Source: an uncultured Verrucomicrobiae bacterium (GTDB lineage Bacteria > Verrucomicrobiota > Verrucomicrobiia > Chthoniobacterales > Chthoniobacteraceae). From it: DNA of 64,000 nucleotides. The position numbers and the translations under genes were made by a program. A model generated the notes under the pieces. The model was not told where the DNA came from. It did not search any database and saw only the letters and a list, made by a program, of their open reading frames with translations. Below, piece by piece: positions 48,443 through 58,496 of this stretch. The DNA lies in NCBI GenBank assembly GCA_963828525.1, contig CAWHEP010000014.1, forward strand, positions 326,199 to 390,198, written 5' to 3'. Every line of letters begins with the position of its first letter. Positions within the stretch are counted from its first letter, which is position 1.

Positions 48443-49705
48443 ATGCCTCTTGCAAACGTGCCTCTCCTGGCGGCGCTGCCGTTTGCAGTGATGCTTCTGT
48501 GTATCGCGTTCGCGCCAACGATCCTTAAGCACCACTGGGAGCGCTACTACCCAGCGATCTCGCTGATGTTGGGCGCCATATCAACGGGCTATTACCTCGC
48601 CTTCCGCGGGGACATCACACCCCTTGTTGAGAGCGCGAAGCAATACCTCGCGTTTATCTCACTTGTAGGCTCGTTATTTGTGATTACGGGCGGCATTCAC
48701 TTGCGCGTGAAAGGCACGGGAAAGCCTTGGGAAAGCTGTGTATTCCTGCTGTTCGGAGTAGTTCTTGCAAACCTGATCGGAACCACTGGAGCCGCCATGC
48801 TGTTGATCAGGCCATGGATACGACTGAACCGGGACCGTTTTACGGGCACTCACCTCGCGTTTTTTATTTTCCTCGTCTGCAGCATTGGTGGAGGGCTGCT
48901 GCCCATGGGGCCGCCTCTGTTTCTCGGCTACATCGTCGGGGTGCCCTTCTGGTGGGGAGTCCAGCATTGCTGGCTGCCATGGCTCATCACAGTAGCGGCG
49001 CTATTGCTGACCTTTTACCTCCTCGACCATTTTCATAGCTCGCGAGCCGCGGCGCGAGATCGCAGCGCGGCGCCATTGGATCATTGGCAGCTTGATGGAG
49101 CGCTGAACGTGGCGTTCCTCGTTCTGGTGCTGGCGTCGGTCATCTTCCTGCCTGCTGGTTGGCGGGAATGTCTCCTCATCACCGCCAGCGTCATCTCGTA
49201 TTTCACGACGCAAAAGAGCATCCGGCGGGCCAACGCGTTCACGTTTGCTCCGTTCCGGGAAGTGGTCTGGCTCTTTGCTGGCATCTTCGCAACCATGGTG
49301 CCCGCGCTCGAGTATGTCGCAGAGCACGCCCCAGCGCTGGGCATACGCACCGACGCGCAGTTCTTCTGGCTCAGCGGGTTTCTCTCAGCGGTCCTCGATA
49401 ACGCTCCAACTTATATGACCTTCCTTGCGACGGCCTTCGGACTGCGCGGGCTGTCGCCAAGCCATCCGCCCGACATGGCTGTTTTCATCGCCACGCAAAG
49501 TCATTCGCTGGTGGCTATTTCGCTTGGTTCAACCTTCTTCGGCGCTCTCACTTACATCGGCAATGGACCAAACTTTATGGTGAAATCCATCGCGGAGCAC
49601 GCGCGAGTCGCCACGCCCGGTTTCCTAGCCTATGCTTTCAAGTACGCGATGCCTGTCCTGCTGCCGATCTTTGTTTTAATCGCGTTCGTATTTTTGCGCG
49701 GATGA
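48443..49705 (+). CDS. Putative Na+/H+ antiporter (ion transporter superfamily)
   Basis: IGTTGAAMLLIRP, LDNAPTY and TYIGNGPNFMVKSIAE motifs. Confidence 0.8.
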   Translation: MPLANVPLLAALPFAVMLLCIAFAPTILKHHWERYYPAISLMLGAISTGYYLAFRGDITPLVESAKQYLAFISLVGSLFVITGGIHLRVKGTGKPWESCVFLLFGVVLANLIGTTGAAMLLIRPWIRLNRDRFTGTHLAFFIFLVCSIGGGLLPMGPPLFLGYIVGVPFWWGVQHCWLPWLITVAALLLTFYLLDHFHSSRAAARDRSAAPLDHWQLDGALNVAFLVLVLASVIFLPAGWRECLLITASVISYFTTQKSIRRANAFTFAPFREVVWLFAGIFATMVPALEYVAEHAPALGIRTDAQFFWLSGFLSAVLDNAPTYMTFLATAFGLRGLSPSHPPDMAVFIATQSHSLVAISLGSTFFGALTYIGNGPNFMVKSIAEHARVATPGFLAYAFKYAMPVLLPIFVLIAFVFLRG

Positions 49706-49718
49706 CTTGGAAACCGGT

Positions 49719-52403
49719 CTACTTCGTCTCCGGTGTTATTGTCACTGGGCCCAGGAGACCGGCGTCGGCGACCGGCCATCGGGAGGCGTCAAACGCGCCA
49801 TAGCCCGCGCTGAGAACGTTTGGGGGGTTGAAGATTTTCCATTGCACTTTGCGCACGTCAAGATCACGGATGCGATTTGCCGATGTGCTTGTGACCTCCA
49901 CTTCCAGGACATTGTTCCCGGGCAAAAGCGTTACGCCGTATACTCGATAGGGAGCGGTGAACACAGTTCCCAACGCCTTGCCGTTTAACCGCACCCGCGC
50001 GCTCTGGCAGACGGTACCCAGATCCAGGTCGGCTGAGCCCGCTGTTCCTTTCGGAACGGTGAAGGCGAGGGTGTAAAGCGCGGTGCCCGCGAAGGTTTGC
50101 GTGGCGGAGTCGCCTCCTAGCGCAGTCCAGGAAGCAAGTTTTTCAGTATGAATCGGCGCGGGAAGGGTGGGGCCACCGTCGATGAATTTAATGTCCCATG
50201 CGCCAGTGAGTTCAACAGCAGGCCCGGCTGGGGAACGGTATTGCCATAGCTCGGCCCTGTCCGCGGCCTTGTTTGAGGAAGTTCGAATGATGATGGATTC
50301 ACCCGGCTCGACTTGGGCGAAGACCTCTGCCTGGCCGCCTGCTGTCATGCGCGTCCGGCCAAGGCCGGTCTTTTCCGTCATGGGGTCCATCAGTTCGACG
50401 GACCCAGCGGGAGAGCCAAGCGTTAGCCAATCGTTCAGCGGCTGGTTTCCACGATTGGCGACGAAGGTATAGCGCCCGTCTTCGCAGGCTCTGCGGATGA
50501 AATGAATTCCTGGATGATCAACAAGCGAGGCCCGCGGAACATGGGCGGACGCGAGCGCCGCTTCCAAATCGCCGACGAGTATTTTCCCCTGTCCGACAAC
50601 TGCCGCGTTCAGAGATTCGGAATCCGTCAGTCTGATCGTCTGCAAAAGGGATTGGAATTGCTTGCGGCGCTCGGCTAATCCGCCCCAGCCCGGCACATCC
50701 TGTGGCAGTTTATCCTGAAAAATCACCGTGGCTCCTTTTGATGATAACGACAGGAGCTGCTGGAGGGTTGCCAAAGGCATGAGAGCGCATGGGGGCACGA
50801 CGATGACACGGCGCGAGGCATCAACGCTGGCGAGTTGATGGTCGGACACGTAGTCGAATGTGAAGCCGCGATCGAAAAGATGATGCGCGGTGACGCCCAC
50901 CGGCTGACCCTCCAGCCAACCTTTCCCAGAGATGCTAAAGCCGCGAACCATTCCGCTGGCGTCATTCCAGTAGTCATACACGGGCCAGTAAAGAAGCAGA
51001 TCGTTATCCGCGGTTCCCGACTGGAGAATGGATTGGCACCGGGCGACATATCCGTTCAGGGCCGCGACATCGTGCCAGATGGCGTTGCGGGGGTTCATCT
51101 CGGTGGAAGCGTAGAAGCACCACCCCGGCCAAGCCGCGTCATCTGGCGCGTACGCCGTGCCGTGGTAGACGACGTGATTGATCCCCGAGATGAACAGATC
51201 GTCGACGAGATACTTCATCGCGGCCAGCGTCTCGGTAAAGTGCTCCGCGAGCCACGTGCCGGTCTCCGCGCTGGTGAGGTTTTTCCCCGTCAAATGCGCC
51301 GCCGATGAAGCAAACTTGGACACGAGGACGTTTCTGTCTTTGTGGAACATCTCTGTCTCGGGAATGTCGGAGTCTCCGTAGAGGTCGAGCAGATTCCCCG
51401 GCGCGCCATGCGCCTGGTAGCGGGTCAGAAAACCGTGGGCATGAGACCATCGAACCCATATGGGAATGGATTCGGACGCCATGATATCGGAGATCGTTTC
51501 ACGGTAATCCGACTTTACCCGGGCGGCGCGCTCATCCTGCTCCGTGCCAAGCAGGGCCGGGAGCTCCGTCGCGAGAGAGTAACCGCGGAGTTTTTCAAAC
51601 CGCTCGAAGAAATCGGGCGCCCAGTTCGAGTTGTATTCATACGAGTCCTGGAACAGGGCGCGCAGCTTTGGCTGCGTAGTCTGAAAGGGTTCCTCGAACC
51701 AGCGCAGGTATCGCGTCACGGCTTCCGGGTAAATGAGATTCAGCATTGGGCCCGCGCCGCCGGGGGCTGCTCGCTTCACGGTCACTCCAGAGGGCTTTTG
51801 TGAAATGCCATACACATCCCATGGACCGCCTTCCGCAACCCAGTCCACACGCCCATCGCTGCCGATCTTGTTTTTGAGATCGAGGCGCTTGCCGCTCGGT
51901 CCGAACGCCATGAGCGCCTGGGTGCCCGCCGGGTTGAATGTCCCTGTCAGCGTTGCGCCCGGTTGGACGACCTGTTTCGTTGGGACTACCAGAGCGTTGG
52001 CATCGGTTTCGGACACGGTAGGGCCGCCGAAACACCAGCCTGTGCCTGTGGTCATGTCAGTAACCAAACCAAGGCGCTTTCCCTCCGCGATTGCGTGTTC
52101 GAGCATCTGCATCCAGCGCGGCGTGAGGTAGGGAATCTGGCGACTTTCACCGCCCTTCACTCCATAAATGGGGGTTACCTCGACGCCGCCGAGTCCGGCC
52201 TTTTGATAACGGGCAAGCTCGCGGTCGAGGTTGGGGGCATCCACCGCGCTTCCCATCCACCACCAGCGGACCCAGGGGCGCGCTTCGGCTGTGATCGGAG
52301 GCCAGGCGGCTTTGCTACCTTGCTCCCCGGCTTGCGCGGAAGCACCGCGGGCCGCAAAAAGGGCAACAGCTAGCAATAATCCCGGATAACGCGGGAAGGA
52401 CAT
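49719..52403 (-). CDS. Alpha-L-rhamnosidase, GH106-like
   Basis: ARPWVRWWWMGSAV, GLGGVE, TGTGWCFGG, DSYE, SAETGTW and GINH motifs. Confidence 0.85.
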   Translation of the reverse strand: MSFPRYPGLLLAVALFAARGASAQAGEQGSKAAWPPITAEARPWVRWWWMGSAVDAPNLDRELARYQKAGLGGVEVTPIYGVKGGESRQIPYLTPRWMQMLEHAIAEGKRLGLVTDMTTGTGWCFGGPTVSETDANALVVPTKQVVQPGATLTGTFNPAGTQALMAFGPSGKRLDLKNKIGSDGRVDWVAEGGPWDVYGISQKPSGVTVKRAAPGGAGPMLNLIYPEAVTRYLRWFEEPFQTTQPKLRALFQDSYEYNSNWAPDFFERFEKLRGYSLATELPALLGTEQDERAARVKSDYRETISDIMASESIPIWVRWSHAHGFLTRYQAHGAPGNLLDLYGDSDIPETEMFHKDRNVLVSKFASSAAHLTGKNLTSAETGTWLAEHFTETLAAMKYLVDDLFISGINHVVYHGTAYAPDDAAWPGWCFYASTEMNPRNAIWHDVAALNGYVARCQSILQSGTADNDLLLYWPVYDYWNDASGMVRGFSISGKGWLEGQPVGVTAHHLFDRGFTFDYVSDHQLASVDASRRVIVVPPCALMPLATLQQLLSLSSKGATVIFQDKLPQDVPGWGGLAERRKQFQSLLQTIRLTDSESLNAAVVGQGKILVGDLEAALASAHVPRASLVDHPGIHFIRRACEDGRYTFVANRGNQPLNDWLTLGSPAGSVELMDPMTEKTGLGRTRMTAGGQAEVFAQVEPGESIIIRTSSNKAADRAELWQYRSPAGPAVELTGAWDIKFIDGGPTLPAPIHTEKLASWTALGGDSATQTFAGTALYTLAFTVPKGTAGSADLDLGTVCQSARVRLNGKALGTVFTAPYRVYGVTLLPGNNVLEVEVTSTSANRIRDLDVRKVQWKIFNPPNVLSAGYGAFDASRWPVADAGLLGPVTITPETK

Positions 52404-52407
52404 AAGC

Positions 52408-53700
52408 CTACTTAGTGAATGGTTCATTTCCGAAAAGTTTGTCACATTCCACGCCGGCATTGATGAACGGGCCAACGCCTTTCAGGTCGTTTGGAACGAT
52501 CGACGTGAACTTTGTGTAGTAATCGAAAGTGCCCGCATGCTTCGCTTCCAGGATTGCCACTGCGCAGCATTGGTTAAGACTGATGCTGGCGCCATCGGCG
52601 TCGACGGTGATGAACTGGTGGATTATACCATTGTAGCCTGCTTTGACGGCCGGGATATCCGCTCGAGGAAGGAAGCCCTCGTTGATCCCCCTTGCCAGCG
52701 CATAGACGAACATGCAGGACGCGCTTGCTTCCAGATAGTTGCCGGGCCGGTTGCCCTGGTCGGTGACCTGCCACCACACACCCGTTTTTGCATCCTGGTA
52801 TTTCAACACCCCGGCAGCGACTTTCCCCAGCAGTTCAACCAGGTCCTGCCTTCCTGCGTACGTAGCAGGCAGCGTATTTAGGACGTCGACGAGTCCCATC
52901 GCGTACCAGCCAATGGAACGGCTCCAAAAACTTGGGGACGCTCCCGTGATGGGATTTGCCCAAGGCTGGGTTTTGGTTTCATCCCAGCCGTGATGGAAGA
53001 GGCTGGTAGCGGGGTCGAAAGTGTGTTTTGCCACCAGATCGAACTGCTTCGTGATGTCGTCGAAGTCCCGTGTTTCATTGAACCGAACCGCGTAGTCCGC
53101 GTAGAAAGGCTCCCCCATGTAAAGTCCGTCCAGCCACATCTGCCTTGGGTATCCTGTTTTGTGCCAAAATCCGCCTTCCTGAACTCGAGGCTGATTCTCA
53201 AGCTGCTTGCGCAAAGTGTCCGCCGCCTTGTGGTAACGCTCCTCGCCCGTGATGCCGTAAAGTTTGAGCGTCGGGACGCCTGCCTGGATATTATCCAGCG
53301 AGTAAGAAGGAGCAGGGCTTGTGGCTGGAGGCTTTACGGTATTTGCCAAGGGCGCTACCGGACGTTTGTCCTTCGGTTTTACGTTGTAAGTCGCGATCTC
53401 GCCGTTTGGACCGATGAACGAACCAATGACTTCCTCGGCATTCTTTTCGTAGGTCTGGTCGCCAGTCCGGGCGCTCAGGCGGATCAAAGCATCGGCATAA
53501 AGACCGGTGGTATAATCCCATCTCTGCTTGCCCTTCGGCGGAGCGTCCAGACGAGTGCCCAGCCGCTGCATCTCGGACCGAGCCATCCGCGTGGACCATT
53601 CCAACGGAGTCTCGCCATGGCAGCGAAGGATTAGTAAGCTCAAAGTGGCCAGCGCGACCATGAGCAGAAGGATGTTGTGAGGGGGGGAGGGGCGAAGCAT
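52408..53700 (-). CDS. Unsaturated rhamnogalacturonyl hydrolase, GH105 (YteR-like)
   Basis: WDYTTG, GGFWHK, QMWLDGLYM, FWSRSIGW and YLEASASCMF motifs. Confidence 0.9.
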   Translation of the reverse strand: MLRPSPPHNILLLMVALATLSLLILRCHGETPLEWSTRMARSEMQRLGTRLDAPPKGKQRWDYTTGLYADALIRLSARTGDQTYEKNAEEVIGSFIGPNGEIATYNVKPKDKRPVAPLANTVKPPATSPAPSYSLDNIQAGVPTLKLYGITGEERYHKAADTLRKQLENQPRVQEGGFWHKTGYPRQMWLDGLYMGEPFYADYAVRFNETRDFDDITKQFDLVAKHTFDPATSLFHHGWDETKTQPWANPITGASPSFWSRSIGWYAMGLVDVLNTLPATYAGRQDLVELLGKVAAGVLKYQDAKTGVWWQVTDQGNRPGNYLEASASCMFVYALARGINEGFLPRADIPAVKAGYNGIIHQFITVDADGASISLNQCCAVAILEAKHAGTFDYYTKFTSIVPNDLKGVGPFINAGVECDKLFGNEPFTK

Positions 53701-53705
53701 AGATT

Positions 53706-54450
53706 TTACGTTCTGCCATGCCGGAAAATCCGGCGGAGGGCGCAGGCGACGGCAAACAGAGCTGCGAGGGTGAAAAACGGAACTATCGTCAACCGGTGAT
53801 AATTCTGAGGGATGATCTGTTTGACCAAGGAGGTATTGGAAGGGACAGGTGAATCGATCTTCGATCTCAAGAGCGCCGCACGTTGAAGAGTGATCTTCGT
53901 GACGCTCGAGTAGTCTCCCGCCGCCACCTGCCCTTCGTAGCTATCGCCCTCTGGCAACTCGTAAATGTGCAGAGTTTCTCCAAGTACAGTACGGCAGGCG
54001 AATCGAGATTGTCCGGGCAGCTGCGGGGAGTGTCCCTGAAAAGTTGATGTCGCCCGGCATCAGTATGCGGGGCAACAGTTTCCTGGCCAGCACGGCATCG
54101 ACTTCCGGCAACCCAGGCAATTGCCAGGAGGAGGGCTTGGAGTCTCCCGCATCCGTGTGGATCACCAACTCACGAGAAAACCGTTCTCCCGCGTCTCTCA
54201 GCGCCTGCCCGAGCGCGGGTCGCGGGCCGTCCAGAAGGGTTTGAAGCTCCTCGTTTGTGGAGTCAAGGGATGTTTCACCGAGGGCGTAGGCAAGAATGTC
54301 AATGTTAAGAATGGCTCGATACTGGCCGTCGGCGTCGATATTGACCTGGAAGGTTGTGAACTGAGCCGGATGCGCGAGAAGCGCTCCGGGCAGGAGCAGG
54401 GCTACGGATGCCAACAGCGCGATGAATGAAGGGAGGGACACGCTCCTCAC
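53706..54450 (-). pseudogene. Secreted protein with a C-terminal membrane anchor; +1 indel at 53988
   Basis: Removing the A between two GTAC sites gives RLPYVLGETLHIYELPEGDSY, joining the two ORFs. Confidence 0.65.
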
Positions 54451-56966
54451 GCGGCGCCCTGTATTTCGAGTTCCTTGGAAAGTATCAGCAGAATCGCGCG
54501 GGCGTCCTCCGCTTCCTCAACGCGGGCGCGGAAATCCTCGTTCATCAAAAGACGGGAAAGCTTGGCGAAAAAGCGCAAGTGCTCACGCCCCTTGTCCTCT
54601 GCCCGGAGCGCGATCAAAATAGCGACGCGCACGGGCTTGCCATCGCTGGCCCCCCATTCCACGCCGTGGCGCGTTCGCACGAGGGCGATTGAGCCGGCGG
54701 ATACGTGCTCCGACTGGCAATGGGGAACGGCGAAGCCATGGCCAAACCCGGTCGAATAGGTCTCCTCGCGAGCCCAGATGGCTTCTTCCACGCCAGCCGC
54801 ATCCTTTAACCGTCCGGAGACGGAGAGCAGATCGGTGAGTTCCTTGATCGCCTGGTGCTTCGTGGCGCTGGAGGAATCAGGCTCGATGAGATCAATCGCA
54901 AGCAAAGGGGCAGGCGCGGCCCCGGCCTGGAAGCGCTTCAGGCAAGAATCCGCAGATTCGTCCGTGCCGCTCAAAAGTTCATTCACGCCTTCGCGACACG
55001 CATGGGAGTCGAGCGTGGCAAGGTCCGCTTTGGTGGCAAGCACCCGGCTGGTGGCCAGGCTGATGCTGTCGAGTTCAAGGCCCAAGAGAATGGGAAGAGC
55101 CATCGAGTTCTCAGCCAGTTCTCCGCACAATCCCACCTGTTTTCCGTGGTGATGCGCCTGCTCCACAATTAGCCGGAGCATGCGCGCGAACGCTGGGTGC
55201 AAGGGTGATGGAAGAGAGGCAACCTTGGCGTTCTCACGATCCGCGGCAAAAAAGTATTGAAGCAGGTCGTTTGTTCCAAGACTGAAGAAACCGGAAATGG
55301 ACGCAAACTCAGGGATGCTGAAAGCAGCCGAAGGCACCTCGATCATCATGCCTGTCGGGACCTCGGGCGCTCCGAGCTGGGCGCGTACCTCCTCGACAAT
55401 GGAGCGAAAATTCCGCATCTCGGCGGGACATGCCACCATCGGCGCCATGATCCTCACAGGCCCATGGGCGGCGGCCCGGAAGATCGCGCGCAACTGGGCG
55501 CGCAGCAGATCAGCAAACTCTCCGTAGATGCGAACGCCCCGGTAACCCAGGAAGGGATTTTTCTCCACGGGGAGATTCAAATACGACGCGGGTTTATCTC
55601 CGCCGATATCGAATGTGCGGAGCGTGACGGGCCGGCCATCCGCCGCGCGGGCCGCCGCGGAATAGACTTCTGTTTGTTCCTCCTCCGAAGGAGGGACCTC
55701 ACGCCCAATGAAAAGCATCTCGGTGCGAAAAAGACCGACGCCTTCCGCTCCCTGTTCCACCGCGCGGGCGACTTCCGCGGCGGAACTGACGTTGGCCAGC
55801 ACGGGCAGCCGCCGGCCATCGCGACTCGCCGCCGGGCGCGCGATGAACGCGCGCGCTCGCTCCGCGACGCGCTGCAGTTGCCGATTCTCCCGAGCGTAGT
55901 GAGCCTGCGTCTCCTCGTTTGGCTCAGGCAGAAGGACGCCGAGATTCGCGTCCAGTATTGCCATTGTTCCGTCTGCCCATGCCGCTATCCCGTCCACGTT
56001 CACAATGACGGGCAGCCCAAGCGACCGCGCGAGGATTATGGTATGGGAGGTGGAGCCGGCGTTCTGCAGGACGAGGCCGCGAAGATGATCGCGGGACAGC
56101 GCGAGGAATTGTCCCGGTGTAAGACCCTCCGCCACGACTATCGAAGGCTGGTCGAGGGCAGGAACCGGAGTCATCGCTTCACTGCCGTAGATTTCACGCA
56201 GCAGGCGGCCGCCAACATCCTGAAGATCAAGAACTCTCTCTTGCAGGTAGGCGCTGGTGGAATCGCGGAGGGTCGCGCTAAACTGCTCGATCGCGGCGAC
56301 GATGGCTTCACCCAGCGGCATCGCGCCTTTGCTGACACCCTGCCACACACTTTCCGCGAGCGAAGCGTCTCTTAGCAGGAGAGCGTGCGCCCTCAGCACG
56401 TCCTTCTCCAAACCAGAAGCTCGCGTGATTTCCGCCGCGATGGAAATTTCCAAAGCGGAAACCGCGCTCTTGAAGCGAGCCTGTTCTTCCGCGGGGGAAA
56501 TAGCCTTTTGCGCCGCGAGGTTTTGGCGAAGAGCTTCCGATAGTCGCAGGCCTTCCACCCGCGCGATAGTGCCCTCGGCGATGCCGCCAGATTGCGGAGT
56601 TCCACGCAGTATGGTCTCGGGAGAGGCAGCCCGAAGAGATCGCGGAAGGAGGAGCGTTTCCTTTTTGGAGGGCTTGGAGGGAAGCACCTCATCGAAGCCG
56701 GCGAAGTCGTCACGGAGGAACCTGGAGATTTCCTCGAAGGCGCTCTCTTCCAAGGGCCCGCTTACGCGCAACAGGAGCGGGTCACCCGCCTGCATGTCCG
56801 CGCTGATGAGGGCAAGCACGCTTTTCGCATTGGCAGCCGTGCCAGTGCGCTCGTTTATGAGGATGATGTCAGACGGGAAATGCGTCGCGGCTGCGACCAG
56901 GTGACTGGCGGGACGGGCATGCACCCCGTTTGGCAGCATGCAGGCGAAGCGATGTTCGAGCGCCAT
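54447..56966 (-). CDS. Multiphosphoryl transfer protein HPr-EI-EIIA (fructose family)
   Basis: NGVHARPA (HPr), TSHTIILARS and GLFRTE (EI), STGFGHGFAVPH (EIIA). Confidence 0.9.
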   Translation of the reverse strand: MALEHRFACMLPNGVHARPASHLVAAATHFPSDIILINERTGTAANAKSVLALISADMQAGDPLLLRVSGPLEESAFEEISRFLRDDFAGFDEVLPSKPSKKETLLLPRSLRAASPETILRGTPQSGGIAEGTIARVEGLRLSEALRQNLAAQKAISPAEEQARFKSAVSALEISIAAEITRASGLEKDVLRAHALLLRDASLAESVWQGVSKGAMPLGEAIVAAIEQFSATLRDSTSAYLQERVLDLQDVGGRLLREIYGSEAMTPVPALDQPSIVVAEGLTPGQFLALSRDHLRGLVLQNAGSTSHTIILARSLGLPVIVNVDGIAAWADGTMAILDANLGVLLPEPNEETQAHYARENRQLQRVAERARAFIARPAASRDGRRLPVLANVSSAAEVARAVEQGAEGVGLFRTEMLFIGREVPPSEEEQTEVYSAAARAADGRPVTLRTFDIGGDKPASYLNLPVEKNPFLGYRGVRIYGEFADLLRAQLRAIFRAAAHGPVRIMAPMVACPAEMRNFRSIVEEVRAQLGAPEVPTGMMIEVPSAAFSIPEFASISGFFSLGTNDLLQYFFAADRENAKVASLPSPLHPAFARMLRLIVEQAHHHGKQVGLCGELAENSMALPILLGLELDSISLATSRVLATKADLATLDSHACREGVNELLSGTDESADSCLKRFQAGAAPAPLLAIDLIEPDSSSATKHQAIKELTDLLSVSGRLKDAAGVEEAIWAREETYSTGFGHGFAVPHCQSEHVSAGSIALVRTRHGVEWGASDGKPVRVAILIALRAEDKGREHLRFFAKLSRLLMNEDFRARVEEAEDARAILLILSKELEIQGAA

Positions 56967-56977
56967 TGGGGCTGTCG

Positions 56978-57274
56978 TTACCCCGCTTTTGCGAAAACGC
57001 CCTTGGGGTCAGTGATGGCGAGCTTGACAGGCACTTCTATGATCTTTTTGCCGTCAAAACGCTCGCGCTGCTCCACCTGGATATCCACAGCGAAGATAAC
57101 CGCGTCGGCGGCGGCGATCTCCTCGGGGCTTAGCTCATTCTCGATGCCCATCGCGCCCTGCGTCTCAACCTTGATGGAGTGGCCCAGGGATTTGCCGACC
57201 TTTTCGAGCTGCTCGGCGGCCATGTATGTGTGGGCGATCCCTGTCGGGCAGGCTGTGACGGCGACGATATTCAT
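56978..57274 (-). CDS. PTS fructose-family EIIB
   Basis: AVTACPTGIAHTYMAA and KVETQG motifs. Confidence 0.93.
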   Translation of the reverse strand: MNIVAVTACPTGIAHTYMAAEQLEKVGKSLGHSIKVETQGAMGIENELSPEEIAAADAVIFAVDIQVEQRERFDGKKIIEVPVKLAITDPKGVFAKAG

Positions 57275-58332
57275 GATGCGGTGGTTTTCTTGACGGTGAA
57301 CGTTTTAACAAGATTGATCGAGATTGCCGTAACGAGCGATCCCGCCACGATGGCGGCAACGTATGGGAGGCGATTGCCGACCACGGGTAAAACGATCGGC
57401 CCGCCGTGCGGAGCATGATCGGCGACATGGCCCAACATCGCGATGATCGAGGCCACCATGGAGCCGGCCATGATGCAGGGGATGACACGGACGGGATCAG
57501 TCGCGGCGAAAGGGATCGCGCCTTCCGTGATACCAATCAAACCCATCGCAAAACTAGCCATGCCTGACTCGATCTGTTCTTCGCTCCAGAGCTTCCGATT
57601 CAGGAACGTGGCGAGGCCCATTCCCAGCGGCGGCGTGCAGATTGCGGCGGCGCACGCGCCCATGATGTAGAAATTCCCTTCCTTGATCATCGCCGCTCCA
57701 AAGAAGAAGGCAGTCTTGTTGATGGGACCTCCCATGTCGAAAGCGATCATCGCTCCGAGTATCGCGCCAAGCAGGATGGCGTTCGCGCCACTTAGAGACA
57801 GGAGCCACGCGCCCATGAACTTCATAATCTCGGCGATGGGCGGACCGATGACCTTCAGCATGATGATGCCCACGATGAGCGAAGACAGGATGGGGATGAT
57901 CAGGATCGGCATGATCGGCTTGATGTACTTCGGCGCCGGCGCCTTCTTCAGGATGTTGACCAGATACCCAGCAAGGAGGCCCGCGAAAAGAGCGCCGAGG
58001 AAGCCCGCGCTGACGGCGTCCGTCCCGTCGAGGTGGCCCGCGAGGTAGCCCCCAACGAACCCGGCGACGAGACCCGGTTTGCCAGCCATCGCGTAAGAGA
58101 TGTAGCCGGCGAGCACCGGCAGCATGAGTGTCAGAGCGGCTGTGCCCACCTGAAGGATGAGCCTTGCCACTGCCGAGTGGGAGAAATCTGGTCCTGCCGC
58201 TCCAATGGGAACGAAGGCAATCGCGCTTGCGATGAGAATGCCGCCGCAGGCAATGAAGGGTATGGCAAAGGAGACCCCGCTCAACAGGGCCTGCTTTGCC
58301 TTCGAGAGGGGGGAGGGGGATGAGGGGCTCAC
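57271..58332 (-). CDS. PTS fructose-family EIIC
   Basis: GVSFAIPF, FDMGGPINK, GITEGAIPFA and APHGG motifs; probable GTG start. Confidence 0.92.
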   Translation of the reverse strand: MSPSSPSPLSKAKQALLSGVSFAIPFIACGGILIASAIAFVPIGAAGPDFSHSAVARLILQVGTAALTLMLPVLAGYISYAMAGKPGLVAGFVGGYLAGHLDGTDAVSAGFLGALFAGLLAGYLVNILKKAPAPKYIKPIMPILIIPILSSLIVGIIMLKVIGPPIAEIMKFMGAWLLSLSGANAILLGAILGAMIAFDMGGPINKTAFFFGAAMIKEGNFYIMGACAAAICTPPLGMGLATFLNRKLWSEEQIESGMASFAMGLIGITEGAIPFAATDPVRVIPCIMAGSMVASIIAMLGHVADHAPHGGPIVLPVVGNRLPYVAAIVAGSLVTAISINLVKTFTVKKTTAS

Positions 58333-58496
58333 TGGGCTTCTGAGGCTATGGTTGAAAGCGGGCGAGGAAAAGGTAAAACTCGCGCGGTTCTGAATTTGAT
58401 CTTGCAGGCGGCGGTTCGGGGGTGAGCTGATGGCGCTTCCCCCCCTGCTTCCCAGCGGCAGCCTCTGCCAAGCCACTCACCCCAAAGATCATTCAA

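Noticed and set aside
1884..56375. Long antisense ORFs (e.g. 1884-2972, 4940-5908, 20438-21349, 46957-48003, 55257-56375)
   Set aside because: Shadow frames of well-supported genes in GC-rich DNA.
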